Position numbers and translations under genes: made by a program. A stretch of 64,000 nucleotides of DNA from an uncultured Rhabdochlamydiaceae bacterium (GTDB taxonomy: Bacteria > Chlamydiota > Chlamydiia > Chlamydiales > Rhabdochlamydiaceae). The notes beneath the pieces are model-generated. The model ran no database searches and had not been told where the DNA came from. It saw only the letters and a list, made by a program, of their open reading frames with translations. The stretch spans positions 1,632,001 through 1,696,000 of the forward strand of contig CAVQHD010000001.1 in the NCBI GenBank assembly GCA_963712275.1. Direction: 5' to 3'. Below, piece by piece: positions 42,371-51,878 of this stretch (within the stretch, counting starts at the first letter, position 1; each line of letters opens with the position of its first letter).

Positions 42371-42408
42371 AAATTCTCCTCTTGCAAAGATATTAGAAAA
42401 AATACAAT

Positions 42409-43941
42409 TTGAACAAAATGAAATATATTCTGGCCCTTGATCAAGGTACCACCAGCTCACGCGCTGTCCTCATCTCTGAGCAAGGAGTGCTCCACACATC
42501 AGCTCAGAAAGAGTTCACTCAATTCTTTCCTTCGCCGGGGTGGGTTGAGCATGATCCCCATGAAATTTGGACATCTCAAGCAGCTTGCATCACGGAGGTT
42601 CTCGTCAAGGGAGACGTGACTCCTTCTCAAATCGGGGCTATTGGCATCACAAATCAACGAGAAACAACCATTGTTTGGGAGAGAAAAACGGGAAAACCTC
42701 TCATGAACGCGATTGTATGGCAAGACCGCCGGACAACGGAGCTCTGCCAAGATCTGAAACGGCAAGGGTTTGAATCAGTGATCCGAAACAAAACAGGCCT
42801 TCTTCTTGACCCTTACTTTTCCGCGACAAAGCTTCAATGGGTTTTAAAATCGATCCCTGGAGCGCTTGAAAAAGCCCGACGAGGAGAACTTGCCTTTGGC
42901 ACCGTCGATACATGGCTTTTGTGGCACCTAACACAAGGCAAATGTCATGCCACCGATGTGACGAACGCCTCTAGAACCCTTCTCTTCAATATCCACACGC
43001 TAAAGTGGGACTCCGAGCTTTTAGACCTCTTCCAAATCCCCGAGCAAATTCTTCCAACTGTGTTTCCCTCCAGCCATCTCTTTGCGACTTCTTCCAGTCC
43101 GATTCTCTCTTCCCCTATTCCCATTGCTGGCATCGCTGGAGACCAGCAGGCAGCCCTTGTAGGACAAGCCTGCTTCCAGCCAGGCATGGTCAAGTCGACC
43201 TATGGGACAGGTTGTTTTATGCTCATGAATTTAGGATCTAAGCCCGCTCTCTCCAAGAACAATCTTCTTACAACCATCGCTTACCAAGTTGGGGGCCAAG
43301 TGGCCTATGCAATGGAAGGGAGCGTCTTCATTGGAGGAGCTGTCGTGCAATGGCTCCGAGATAATCTTAAGCTCATCGAAAAATCATCCGATATTGAACC
43401 TTTAGCCGCCTCGGTCCCCGACTCTGGAGGAGTCTATTTTGTTCCCGCTTTCACAGGATTGGGGGCTCCCTATTGGGACCCTTATGCACGCGGGGCCATC
43501 GTTGGACTCACGCGAGGATCAACTTCTGCCCATCTTGCGCGCAGCGCTCTCGACAGTATTGCACATCAAGTAGCAGACGTTCTTCAGGCGATGGAAAAAG
43601 ATGCTAAGAGCCCTATTGCAGAAATCCGCGTTGACGGAGGCGCTGTCAGAAATTCCATTTTGATGCAGCTGCAAGCAGATCTGATGCAAGCTCCTGTGGT
43701 TCGTCCACAAACAACAGAGCTCACTGCGCAAGGAGCTGCCTATTTGGCAGGGCTCTCAACGGGCTTTTGGAAAGATTTTCGAGAAATCTCTTCCCTCTGG
43801 AAGGAAGAACACCGTTTTATTGCCAAAATGCCGCAAGCAACTGTGAGCGAAGTTCGGCATCAATGGGCAAAGGCGATTAAATGCGCTCAAACCTGGGAAA
43901 TTCATGAACCTATCCGCAAAGTTAAAGATGGTAATTTTTAA
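42409..43941 (+). CDS. glpK: Glycerol kinase
   Basis: DQGTTSSR, TNQRETT, DPYFSATK and GDQQAAL motifs. Confidence 0.97.
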   Translation: MNKMKYILALDQGTTSSRAVLISEQGVLHTSAQKEFTQFFPSPGWVEHDPHEIWTSQAACITEVLVKGDVTPSQIGAIGITNQRETTIVWERKTGKPLMNAIVWQDRRTTELCQDLKRQGFESVIRNKTGLLLDPYFSATKLQWVLKSIPGALEKARRGELAFGTVDTWLLWHLTQGKCHATDVTNASRTLLFNIHTLKWDSELLDLFQIPEQILPTVFPSSHLFATSSSPILSSPIPIAGIAGDQQAALVGQACFQPGMVKSTYGTGCFMLMNLGSKPALSKNNLLTTIAYQVGGQVAYAMEGSVFIGGAVVQWLRDNLKLIEKSSDIEPLAASVPDSGGVYFVPAFTGLGAPYWDPYARGAIVGLTRGSTSAHLARSALDSIAHQVADVLQAMEKDAKSPIAEIRVDGGAVRNSILMQLQADLMQAPVVRPQTTELTAQGAAYLAGLSTGFWKDFREISSLWKEEHRFIAKMPQATVSEVRHQWAKAIKCAQTWEIHEPIRKVKDGNF

Positions 43942-44072
43942 AAGATTTTTTTGTCATCTTTAAAGCCGCTTCGCAGGGCATACTTGAATAAGTAGACCAA
44001 GAAGCGGCTTTAAAAAGGACAAAAAAAGACTCAAAAAGCACCGTTTTTAACTTTGCGGATAGGTTCATGAAT
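43900..44072. mobile_element. Fold-back MITE-like element C at the glpK-glpD junction
   Basis: Perfect 27-bp IR at 43900-43926 / 44046-44072; 14-bp inner IR at 43959-43972 / 44001-44014; TTCATGAA at both ends. Confidence 0.85.
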
Positions 44073-45617
44073 CGAGAAAAGCTGATCAAAACACTTGATC
44101 TACCCCAGTGGGATGTTCTCATTATTGGAGGTGGGGCTACAGGACTTGGGGCTGCCGTTGATGCTGCCTCGAGAGGATATAAAACACTCCTTCTAGAACA
44201 ACACGACTTTGCAAAGGCCAGCTCAAGCCGCAGCACAAAGTTGATTCATGGAGGACTTCGGTACCTTCAGCAGGGAAATATCCACCTTGTTAAAGAAGCA
44301 CTGCGCGAGCGTGGAACCCTGTGCCAAAATGCCCCTCATCTTGTCCACCACCTCCCCTTTCTTGTCCCTCTTTACAAGTGGTGGGAGGGCCCTTTTTACG
44401 GAATGGGGCTTAAACTGTACGATATGCTTGCAGGCAAACTTGGACTCGAGCCCTCCCGCCATCTCAATCGACGGCAAACCCTCAAAGCAATTCCCACACT
44501 CCACCAAGAAGGACTTCGCGGAGGGGCCCTTTATTATGATGGACAGTTTGACGACGCCCGTCTCGCTATCACGCTTGCACAAACAGCTGTTTCCCAAGGG
44601 GCAACTGTTTTAAATTACTTTAAAGTTACCTCCTTTCTCAAAAGGAAGGGAACCATCATTGGAGTCCGCGCCACCAATCTAGACTCAGGCGACTCATGCT
44701 GCCTGCATGCAAAAGTTGTCATCAATGCAACAGGGATTTTCTCCGATGAGCTCCGCCGCAAGGACAACTCGAAAAGCCCCTCCCACCTTGCCCCCAGCCA
44801 AGGAGTCCACTTAGTTTTACCTGGCTCATCCCTCTCTTCGAAAACCGCCATCCTTGTTCCTCACACAGATGATGGACGGGTGATTTTTCTTGTCCCCTGG
44901 TATGGCCGTGTCATTGTTGGAACAACAGATACTCCTCTTAAAAAACCGATCTTAGAGCCAACAGCGCAAGAACAGGAGATCGATTTTCTCCTCACTCATG
45001 CAAGCCGGTACCTCTCCACCCCCCCTAAAAAAACCGATATCCTCAGTCATTTTGCAGGAATCCGCCCCCTCATTCGCAAGAAAGGAGCTCACAAAACATC
45101 GGCTCTTTCTAGAGACCACCTCATCACAACATCCTCCTCAGGCCTTGTGACCATCGTCGGCGGCAAGTGGACCACCTACCGAAAAATGGGAGAAGATGTC
45201 ATCGATCAGGCAGTGCTCATCGGCCACCTTCCTCCCCGTCCTTCTATCACAACCCATCTCAAACTCTTTGGCTATGTCGAAGACTTAAATCCTCAAGACC
45301 CTTGCGCCGTTTATGGATCCAACCTTAAAGAAATCAAGCGGCTTTCCAGGTCCCACCCTTCCCTGAAAGAGCAACTAATCCCCGCTCTCCCTTACACCAT
45401 GGCCCATGTTAAGTGGGCCATCCAGCACGAGATGCCTCTCTCCATTGAGGACATTCTCGCCCGTCGTACCCGTCTTCTTCTCTTAAATGCAAGAGCAGCT
45501 CTTGAAGCAGCCCCAAAAATTGCCCACTTCATGGCACAGGAGTTAAACCGTCCCAATTCATGGGTCAAAGAGCAAATTGCCGCCTTCTCTCGCCTTGCCA
45601 AACGGTATTTGCCATAG
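44067..45617 (+). CDS. glpD: FAD-dependent glycerol-3-phosphate dehydrogenase
   Basis: IIGGGATG, SSRSTKLIHGGLRYL and GGKWTTYR motifs. Confidence 0.96.
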   Translation: MNREKLIKTLDLPQWDVLIIGGGATGLGAAVDAASRGYKTLLLEQHDFAKASSSRSTKLIHGGLRYLQQGNIHLVKEALRERGTLCQNAPHLVHHLPFLVPLYKWWEGPFYGMGLKLYDMLAGKLGLEPSRHLNRRQTLKAIPTLHQEGLRGGALYYDGQFDDARLAITLAQTAVSQGATVLNYFKVTSFLKRKGTIIGVRATNLDSGDSCCLHAKVVINATGIFSDELRRKDNSKSPSHLAPSQGVHLVLPGSSLSSKTAILVPHTDDGRVIFLVPWYGRVIVGTTDTPLKKPILEPTAQEQEIDFLLTHASRYLSTPPKKTDILSHFAGIRPLIRKKGAHKTSALSRDHLITTSSSGLVTIVGGKWTTYRKMGEDVIDQAVLIGHLPPRPSITTHLKLFGYVEDLNPQDPCAVYGSNLKEIKRLSRSHPSLKEQLIPALPYTMAHVKWAIQHEMPLSIEDILARRTRLLLLNARAALEAAPKIAHFMAQELNRPNSWVKEQIAAFSRLAKRYLP

Positions 45618-45649
45618 AGGGACTTTTGCGAGCTCCCTCCATAAATGAA

Positions 45650-47170
45650 TCAAGATGGGTTGTTGCCTGTGAGAGCGAAATAAGCCCCTTTCACAGCTGA
45701 ATAAATACGGCTGAACATTCCTCGCCATCCTGTAGGTGTCATAAACTGAGGGTCGAATTGAATGATTCCAAATTGTGCAGGTCTATTACTGGTATGTCCT
45801 GAAGATAGCCAGATCGTGAGCTTTCCCTCTGAAAAAAGGACATCTTGAACACGCGCCATTTCACACCAGAGTGGAAAATTATAAATGGCCCCTGTCCATT
45901 CGAACTGCTGGATGCATTTTTTGGTGGGAATATGCCAAAAGTAAAGGGTATGCTCTTGAGGGTTTTTATAGACTAAAATATTGCCTGATAAATGGACAAA
46001 GATGGGATATTCATCCAAAGAAGAGAGCTGCATTGGTTCACCAGCAATTTCTTGAGTGATAAAATGAACAAGCTCTCCTTCTGTGCTTAGGATGAATAGA
46101 GTAACAGCCTGAGTCTGCCAGTAGGTTGTAACGATAAACTTCTCATTCATCTCTTTTACATGAAAATCTACAATTACGCAGCCGTTCTTAGGATTGATAA
46201 GTTTTACCAGATTGTCAATCTTTAAATCCCATTTTTTTCCCAAAGACCCATGACTATTCTCAGTGAAAAATAGAATTTCTTTATTGCTGTAAGCACAGAA
46301 AGAGGAGCCAAAAATTCTAATACTGTCAAACATAAAATTAATCTCATGCTCTACAAGCAGAGGATTGCTTAGATCAACGATTTCATTATTTGAAATGAGA
46401 TGATTGCCTACCTTATAAACGTCCGCAACACACTTCATTTGAAGAGTTTGATAACATATTGGTTTTTCAGGTAAGAGGTCCCAAAAGGAAATCTTTCCAT
46501 TTGCAGTAATAAGGGCAATCTTGTTTTCTGAAATGGGAAAACATTGCTCTATTTGATAGCCAGCCACATTGTCCATAGTATCAGGAAGGTCTCCTAGAAG
46601 AGAAAACTCTCGATTTTTAGTAGGATCCTTCACATTGATAACGATTAATGTATGATTCACCAAAGGTTTTAAGCCTGTTTGTAAATCGAGCTGCAACCTT
46701 GTTTGTCCTTGAGGAGTCAAGAAATAGGTGCTCTCATATTGACCTAAAAGAATGTTGCGGTCAGAAAAAGGGAGCGACGAACTAGAAGATTGCATGCAAC
46801 CGGGAGGATAAAAAGCGATGATATCTTGATCGACAGAAGAGAATACGAACATCCTCTTTATCACCTTCTTTATATTATGTAATCCCCAATGGCTTGGCAT
46901 CGGTTCCCAAGCTGAAAATCGTGGAGAAAGAAAGGAGAGTCTCTCAACGTTATTTTTTTCTTGGACATATTGACTGTAAATAGTTGTGCAATCGGCAACA
47001 ATTACCTTCCAATGGCGACACACTTGCCTGACCTTCAGACAGCTTGCAAAATCTAAGGATTGAAAGATGTAAAGAAGAGGATCATCTGGCACATCATAGA
47101 AAGTGGTGACGGCAAGAGGTGACCTCGCAGCAGGTTCGATTTTTGTTCCCATATCAACAAATCCTCCCAA
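45650..47170 (-). CDS. F-box protein with a probable beta-propeller C-terminus
   Basis: VPDDPLLYIFQSLDFASCLKVRQVCRHWK; WD-like ISFWDL and LYFWHI. Likely start ATG 47152. Confidence 0.75.
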   Translation of the reverse strand: MGGFVDMGTKIEPAARSPLAVTTFYDVPDDPLLYIFQSLDFASCLKVRQVCRHWKVIVADCTTIYSQYVQEKNNVERLSFLSPRFSAWEPMPSHWGLHNIKKVIKRMFVFSSVDQDIIAFYPPGCMQSSSSSLPFSDRNILLGQYESTYFLTPQGQTRLQLDLQTGLKPLVNHTLIVINVKDPTKNREFSLLGDLPDTMDNVAGYQIEQCFPISENKIALITANGKISFWDLLPEKPICYQTLQMKCVADVYKVGNHLISNNEIVDLSNPLLVEHEINFMFDSIRIFGSSFCAYSNKEILFFTENSHGSLGKKWDLKIDNLVKLINPKNGCVIVDFHVKEMNEKFIVTTYWQTQAVTLFILSTEGELVHFITQEIAGEPMQLSSLDEYPIFVHLSGNILVYKNPQEHTLYFWHIPTKKCIQQFEWTGAIYNFPLWCEMARVQDVLFSEGKLTIWLSSGHTSNRPAQFGIIQFDPQFMTPTGWRGMFSRIYSAVKGAYFALTGNNPS

Positions 47171-47266
47171 AGTTTTGCGAAAAGGTTACGATATCTCCGC
47201 CCTTTCTGCAAGAAAACAAGTGAATTGGGACTGTTTTAAGACTTTTTGCTTGAAATTATTCTTTGG

Positions 47267-47389
47267 ATGTTCTATAAAACACAGATTGCTAAAGAGTCTG
47301 AAATGGCTCGTTCTACGATGTACCATACTCTTAAGAGTAAAAACCCCACAATCAAAACATTAGCCAAGCTTGTTCACGCCTGTATCTAA
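47267..47389 (+). pseudogene. C-terminal remnant of an HTH addiction-module antidote/DNA-binding protein
   Basis: Manual translation MFYKTQIAKESEMARSTMYHTLKSKNPTIKTLAKLVHACI resembles the HTH half only. Confidence 0.55.
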
Positions 47390-47417
47390 TTTTTGATCTA
47401 TTTACAAACGCAACGGT

Positions 47418-47762
47418 TTGATGTATAACGAGACCATGTCACTCGCATGGGTCTTTTTACTGCTGGCCGGTTTTTTTGAAATCTGCTTCACCATTGCCCT
47501 CAAATATAGTCAAGGGTTCAGCCGGCTTATCCCTAGCATTATCACCGTTATTTTTATCGTTTTAAGTTTTTTTTCCGTTTCACAAGCGATGAAATCGATC
47601 CCTATTGGAACCGCATATGCAGTCTGGGCAGGAATTGGAGCCGCAGGAACTGTCGTCACAGGCATCGTTCTCTTTGGAGATTCCTATCACATTATCAGAC
47701 TTATCTCAATCATGCTGATCATCATCGGAATTATCGGGCTTAAATTAGCCCACGTAGAATAG
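47418..47762 (+). CDS. sugE: SMR family exporter (SugE/Gdx-like)
   Basis: AW..L.LAG.FEI and IPIGTAYAVWAGIGA motifs; four transmembrane helices. Likely start ATG 47436. Confidence 0.85.
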   Translation: MMYNETMSLAWVFLLLAGFFEICFTIALKYSQGFSRLIPSIITVIFIVLSFFSVSQAMKSIPIGTAYAVWAGIGAAGTVVTGIVLFGDSYHIIRLISIMLIIIGIIGLKLAHVE

Positions 47763-47783
47763 TTTGACGTAAGGAGCCTAATC

Positions 47784-48587
47784 ATGGGTCATGTCTTCGG
47801 ACTCATTTTTCTCTATTGGGTTATCAGAATCGTCTTCTGTCGCCCTTCTTCAATGGAGCGGGTTTTTCAGATATTTTTAGCTCTTGTTGCTTTACTCTTC
47901 TTTCTCGCTCTCCCTAAAGCAGTCGTATGGCAGCCTCTTGCTATCAGTGCGCTAATTCTAGCGTTCTCCCTAAAGCGACACCTGCAAAAACACAGCGAAC
48001 CTCTCAGGCTTGCTCCTCTAATCGGATGGCTCTCCCTTTATCTAGTTGGAGGTGTTACCTCTCTGCTGATTCTTGCTTTTCGGTTTCAGGAAGAGCAAAT
48101 CATTGGACGTGTGATCTTAAAAGGAGAGAGCAAGCCAACCTGGATGACATGGAAACCACCGACTGCGCAAGGCATAGAGGGAGCTTGGATCCCTTCCTAC
48201 GGGGTTGAAATTCTCGATGCAAAAGGGAAAAAACTCTTTTGCGATTTGATCCCTGGAGATCTCGTGGGTGTCAGAGCTCAGGTTATTTTAATTGATTGGC
48301 CCTATCATCTTCTTGGCTTTGAGCACCTGTATCGATTAGAGCTTGTTCATAATGGATATGCAACCGCACAAAGACACCAGTTCTTCCCTCATATGGCCCA
48401 TGCCCTCCCTTTTTCAGCACAATTACTTGAAACCGTTTGGAAGCGGCTCTTTTTAGGGAGCTGGAGGATGCCGGGAATTAAAAGCTCGACCCTTGAGTCA
48501 TCATATTTCCCTCTTCATGAGGCCCGCGAGTACGATCTTGTGATTGGAAAGACAGGCTTGTCTGCCCAGCTGCACGAAGGATCGTAA
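47784..48587 (+). CDS. Hypothetical membrane protein
   Basis: AAGGAG RBS; four N-terminal hydrophobic helices. Confidence 0.7.
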   Translation: MGHVFGLIFLYWVIRIVFCRPSSMERVFQIFLALVALLFFLALPKAVVWQPLAISALILAFSLKRHLQKHSEPLRLAPLIGWLSLYLVGGVTSLLILAFRFQEEQIIGRVILKGESKPTWMTWKPPTAQGIEGAWIPSYGVEILDAKGKKLFCDLIPGDLVGVRAQVILIDWPYHLLGFEHLYRLELVHNGYATAQRHQFFPHMAHALPFSAQLLETVWKRLFLGSWRMPGIKSSTLESSYFPLHEAREYDLVIGKTGLSAQLHEGS

Positions 48588-48600
48588 AAACGGGACGATT

Positions 48601-48767
48601 TATACTGCGCCCACCCCAAAAGTGTGAATTTGGGCTGCGCCAAAGCCCCTAGGATCGACGATCGCAAATTGGTTAGTATTAATCCAATACAAGCCAATTT
48701 GCGATCGTCGATCCTAGGGAGCTTTCGCGCTAGCCGAAATTCACACTTTTGGGGTGGGCGCAGTATA
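48601..48767. mobile_element. Fold-back MITE-like element B (TA-flanked)
   Basis: Perfect 31-bp IR TATACTGCGCCCACCCCAAAAGTGTGAATTT at 48601-48631 / 48737-48767. Inner hairpin is homologous to element A. Confidence 0.88.
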
Positions 48768-49682
48768 TCCCCTTACAATCCTTGAAAGACGGTCTCTAAG
48801 AACGACGTCATCTTTACAAACGGCGATGATTTCTTCACACCCCTCATCATCTGCCTGCCTCAGGAGAGCGTAGAATGTCGAAGGCATCATGTGGAAAAAG
48901 GCGGGGTGCGGCTCGCAGCTGATAAAAAAGCGGCTTGCGGGAGGAGAAGAGGCTTGATAGAAAAGCGCCTCATCAAAGGACTGAAATAGTTTCACCTTGG
49001 CCTCCGGCGCATAATGACGATAACGTGTTCCTGGCGAGGCCTTTTTTTCCACTCCTTGAGCTATGGCCACTTCACAGCCTAAAACAGCTGCAATTAAGGG
49101 CAGATCTAAAGACCCATACCGAAGTAAAAGAGGAGGCCCTTCTGCTAGAAAAATCACCGTCGACTCAACCCCTTCCTCTGCCGGCCCTCCATCAATCACA
49201 GCCCCTTTCTCTGCCTGAAAATCCTTTAAGACATGCGCCGCAGTCGTACTGCTAGGTTTTCCAGACCGATTTGCAGAAGGAGCTGCAAGAGGCTCGCCTA
49301 CCTTTCGAATGAGCTCCAAGGCAATGGGATGGCGCGGCATCCGGATCGCCACAGTATCCAATCCCGCTGTCACGCAATCAAGAACATTAGGCTGTTTTTT
49401 CAAGACAATCGTTAAAGGGCCTGGCCAGAAATGGGTTGCAAGCTTCATTGCATGAGAAGGGATTTCTCTTGCTAAAAGGGTGATCGCGTCAAAAGAGGCG
49501 ATATGGCAAATTAAGGGGTTGTCTAAAGGCCGTCCTTTCATTTGAAAGATTTTTTCAATCCCGACAAAGTCAAAAACCCGAGATCCAAGCCCATAGACAG
49601 TTTCTGTTGGAAATGCAACAGGAATACTCTGCCGCAAGAGGGCCACCGCTTGGTCGATTTCATCTGGAGAGAGGAGGTCCAT
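48741..49682 (-). CDS. tsaC: Threonylcarbamoyl-AMP synthase (Sua5 type)
   Basis: AFPTETVYGLG, KGRPLDNPLI, APSANRSG and SPG..YRHYAP motifs. Start ATG 49682 is coupled to the upstream gene. Confidence 0.92.
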   Translation of the reverse strand: MDLLSPDEIDQAVALLRQSIPVAFPTETVYGLGSRVFDFVGIEKIFQMKGRPLDNPLICHIASFDAITLLAREIPSHAMKLATHFWPGPLTIVLKKQPNVLDCVTAGLDTVAIRMPRHPIALELIRKVGEPLAAPSANRSGKPSSTTAAHVLKDFQAEKGAVIDGGPAEEGVESTVIFLAEGPPLLLRYGSLDLPLIAAVLGCEVAIAQGVEKKASPGTRYRHYAPEAKVKLFQSFDEALFYQASSPPASRFFISCEPHPAFFHMMPSTFYALLRQADDEGCEEIIAVCKDDVVLRDRLSRIVRGYTAPTPKV

Positions 49683-50269
49683 TAACTTAAAGCCCAAAAA
49701 AATGAGAGCACAAAAGCGATTTTAACACCGACTGCCACAAGAAAACGGTGGAAATGCCGGTCGATAAACGCTTTGATTTGAACACCCCACTTTTCAGTCG
49801 CTTTTGCAATAAGAAAGAATCGCATCCATCGAGCCGAAAAAATCGCTAAGACAAATGAAGCAAAAGAAAGATGGCAAGCGCCTGCTGATAATGTAATGAC
49901 CTTATAAGGGACAGGAAGAAACGCCCCTAAAAACACGGCCCAATTTTGCGAAGCTTGGTAATGTTGGGTGATTCGATTAAATGAATCAGATGAAATGAAA
50001 TGATCCAGAATATAAGGCTGCAAAAAATCCCATGCGATATGTCCTAAACAATAGCCAATGACGCCTCCGAAGAGCGATGCTAGCGCTGCCATGAGTGCAT
50101 AAAGGTAGCGGCGCGAAGGATTTTCGAGACAGAACAAAAGTAAAATAGCATCCATGGGAAGAAAAAGCACAAGCTCGAGCAGGAAAATGCAGCTCAGCCA
50201 TAACGGGGCAAAGCGAGAATTCGCTTTGAGCGAGGCCCACGTATAAAGTTTTTTTGCAGCTCCAAACAT
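49682..50269 (-). CDS. YqaA/DedA family membrane protein
   Basis: E..F..P.D.LL, ASLFGG.IGY.LG and PVPYKVITLSAG motifs. Confidence 0.85.
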   Translation of the reverse strand: MFGAAKKLYTWASLKANSRFAPLWLSCIFLLELVLFLPMDAILLLFCLENPSRRYLYALMAALASLFGGVIGYCLGHIAWDFLQPYILDHFISSDSFNRITQHYQASQNWAVFLGAFLPVPYKVITLSAGACHLSFASFVLAIFSARWMRFFLIAKATEKWGVQIKAFIDRHFHRFLVAVGVKIAFVLSFFWALS

Positions 50270-50278
50270 AAGTCATTA

Positions 50279-50641
50279 TTGTACTTGTTTTTTAAGGAGA
50301 AGTCAAAGTATTGTCATGAGATGGTTATTTTAATTTTGATTTATACGGGGCTGATCCTGGTTGGATCGTTGATTGGATACTTTAAAGCAGGAAGCTGCCC
50401 TTCCCTCATTGCAGGGGTGATTTCTACGATTTCTTTAGCTCTTTTCACTTTTCTTTATCATCGTGGGATCAAAGGAGCGGGTTACGGGCTGCTTTTCATT
50501 GTCTTGGCTCTCGACTCTTTTTTCACTTGGCGCTTTATCAAAACAGTTGCTTTAGTTCCTTCAGGCCTTCTGAGCATAATTAGCACTATCTTACTGATTA
50601 TAATGGCCTTACATATCAAAAAGAAGCGCAAGCCGCTTTAA
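50279..50641 (+). CDS. TMEM14-family small membrane protein
   Basis: G..IGYFKAGS.PSLIAG...RF.KT...VPSG pattern. The start is probably ATG 50316 or 50321. Confidence 0.7.
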   Translation: MYLFFKEKSKYCHEMVILILIYTGLILVGSLIGYFKAGSCPSLIAGVISTISLALFTFLYHRGIKGAGYGLLFIVLALDSFFTWRFIKTVALVPSGLLSIISTILLIIMALHIKKKRKPL

Positions 50642-50684
50642 AAAATAATTTTACATAAGTCTTTCTTTATTAGTTAATTATTAA

Positions 50685-50713
50685 TTGAAAAATAAAACAA
50701 AATATGCTATAAT
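50685..50713 (+). promoter_or_regulatory. Sigma66/70-type promoter
   Basis: TTGAAA-17-TATAAT with extended -10 TG, upstream of the ORF at 50742. Confidence 0.65.
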
Positions 50714-50741
50714 TATATTTTAATATAATAATAGGATCTTT

Positions 50742-51878
50742 ATGGCTATGAGAGTCGCAATTGGCACTGCTAAAGCAGTTGGCACAACTATTAAAGACGT
50801 TGCTAAAACAGCTGAGAGTCTAACTTTAAATATTAGACAAGGCAAAATGGATTTCCGCGATGCAGCCCAGTCTGCAGATAGATACGGCATGCTTCAATCT
50901 AGTTTTGCCATTACTCAAGGTTACGTCTCTGCGCCCTACTACACCTTGATGGGAATCTCCTATCTTCCAACCCCGGGCGACACTTCCCTCCTCACCTTAT
51001 TTGAAAAGTACGTGCTTGACCCTCTTAAATCAATTCATTGGGGTGCGCTCACTGTTGCTAGAATCCTTGCAGGGTTAGCACTGATCCTTGGTATTTTTTC
51101 TTTAATTGACGAGTCTCTGTCTTGCAGGAGGCAACAGCAGGTCCTGGCATGCCTTGCGGACCTTCCAACGTCCCACACCTCACAGGATGACAAAGAGAAG
51201 TTAAAAAAGGCGCTTGAATCGTTAAGAGCTCTCAATTGTAACCACCTGCTTCGATCTCTCCCTGATCATTTAAAAAAACAGCTCCAGATTTCAGAGGAGA
51301 GAACCCCTTTTAATATTTTCGACGAGTATCTCTTTCAAATAGGTAAAGACCAACCCGTCAATGTTTTCGAACTACTCCATGCAATCCGCACGGGCGTCGA
51401 AAAAAAGCAAAAGATTCATGTGATTGGAATTATTGCTGCTATCTGCAGCATTATTGGAGGCATTGGAGTCTTCGTTGCCTTTCCTCCGCTTCTGATCATT
51501 TTCTTCAGTATCCTTGGAGTCGGACTTCTGATCGCTAGATATATCATTTCCAGCGGATGGGTTGAAAATCCAAAAGAAGGACTTAATTGGAGGCTTTGCA
51601 TTCCTGAGGCTCTTCGCAAAAAGCTGGGGATCGATGTCGATACAGACCTTGAAACAGAATCAAAAACAATCCTTTCTTTTGAACGGTTCTTAGCCTTAAA
51701 TACATTTAATGGGCCCGATTACGATCCAGACTTCGACCTTGCGAAAGTGATTGTGTTGCCCCCCATTTTTTCGCAAAAAGATCCTACAGATTCTGAAGAA
51801 GAACTGTTTGAACCAGGCTTAAAATTAAATACACCTATAGGTTACAATCAAGTTTTATTCTTGCGAAAGTGGGAGTGA
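50742..51878 (+). CDS. Inc-like membrane protein (bilobed hydrophobic domain)
   Basis: About 40-aa double hydrophobic segment VIGIIAAI...LLIARY and no signal peptide. Confidence 0.6.
   Translation: MAMRVAIGTAKAVGTTIKDVAKTAESLTLNIRQGKMDFRDAAQSADRYGMLQSSFAITQGYVSAPYYTLMGISYLPTPGDTSLLTLFEKYVLDPLKSIHWGALTVARILAGLALILGIFSLIDESLSCRRQQQVLACLADLPTSHTSQDDKEKLKKALESLRALNCNHLLRSLPDHLKKQLQISEERTPFNIFDEYLFQIGKDQPVNVFELLHAIRTGVEKKQKIHVIGIIAAICSIIGGIGVFVAFPPLLIIFFSILGVGLLIARYIISSGWVENPKEGLNWRLCIPEALRKKLGIDVDTDLETESKTILSFERFLALNTFNGPDYDPDFDLAKVIVLPPIFSQKDPTDSEEELFEPGLKLNTPIGYNQVLFLRKWE

Noticed and set aside
47390..47435. Guanidine riboswitch upstream of sugE
   Set aside because: Only a weak hairpin. No tandem GC-rich ACGR-loop hairpins or other class signature is visible.
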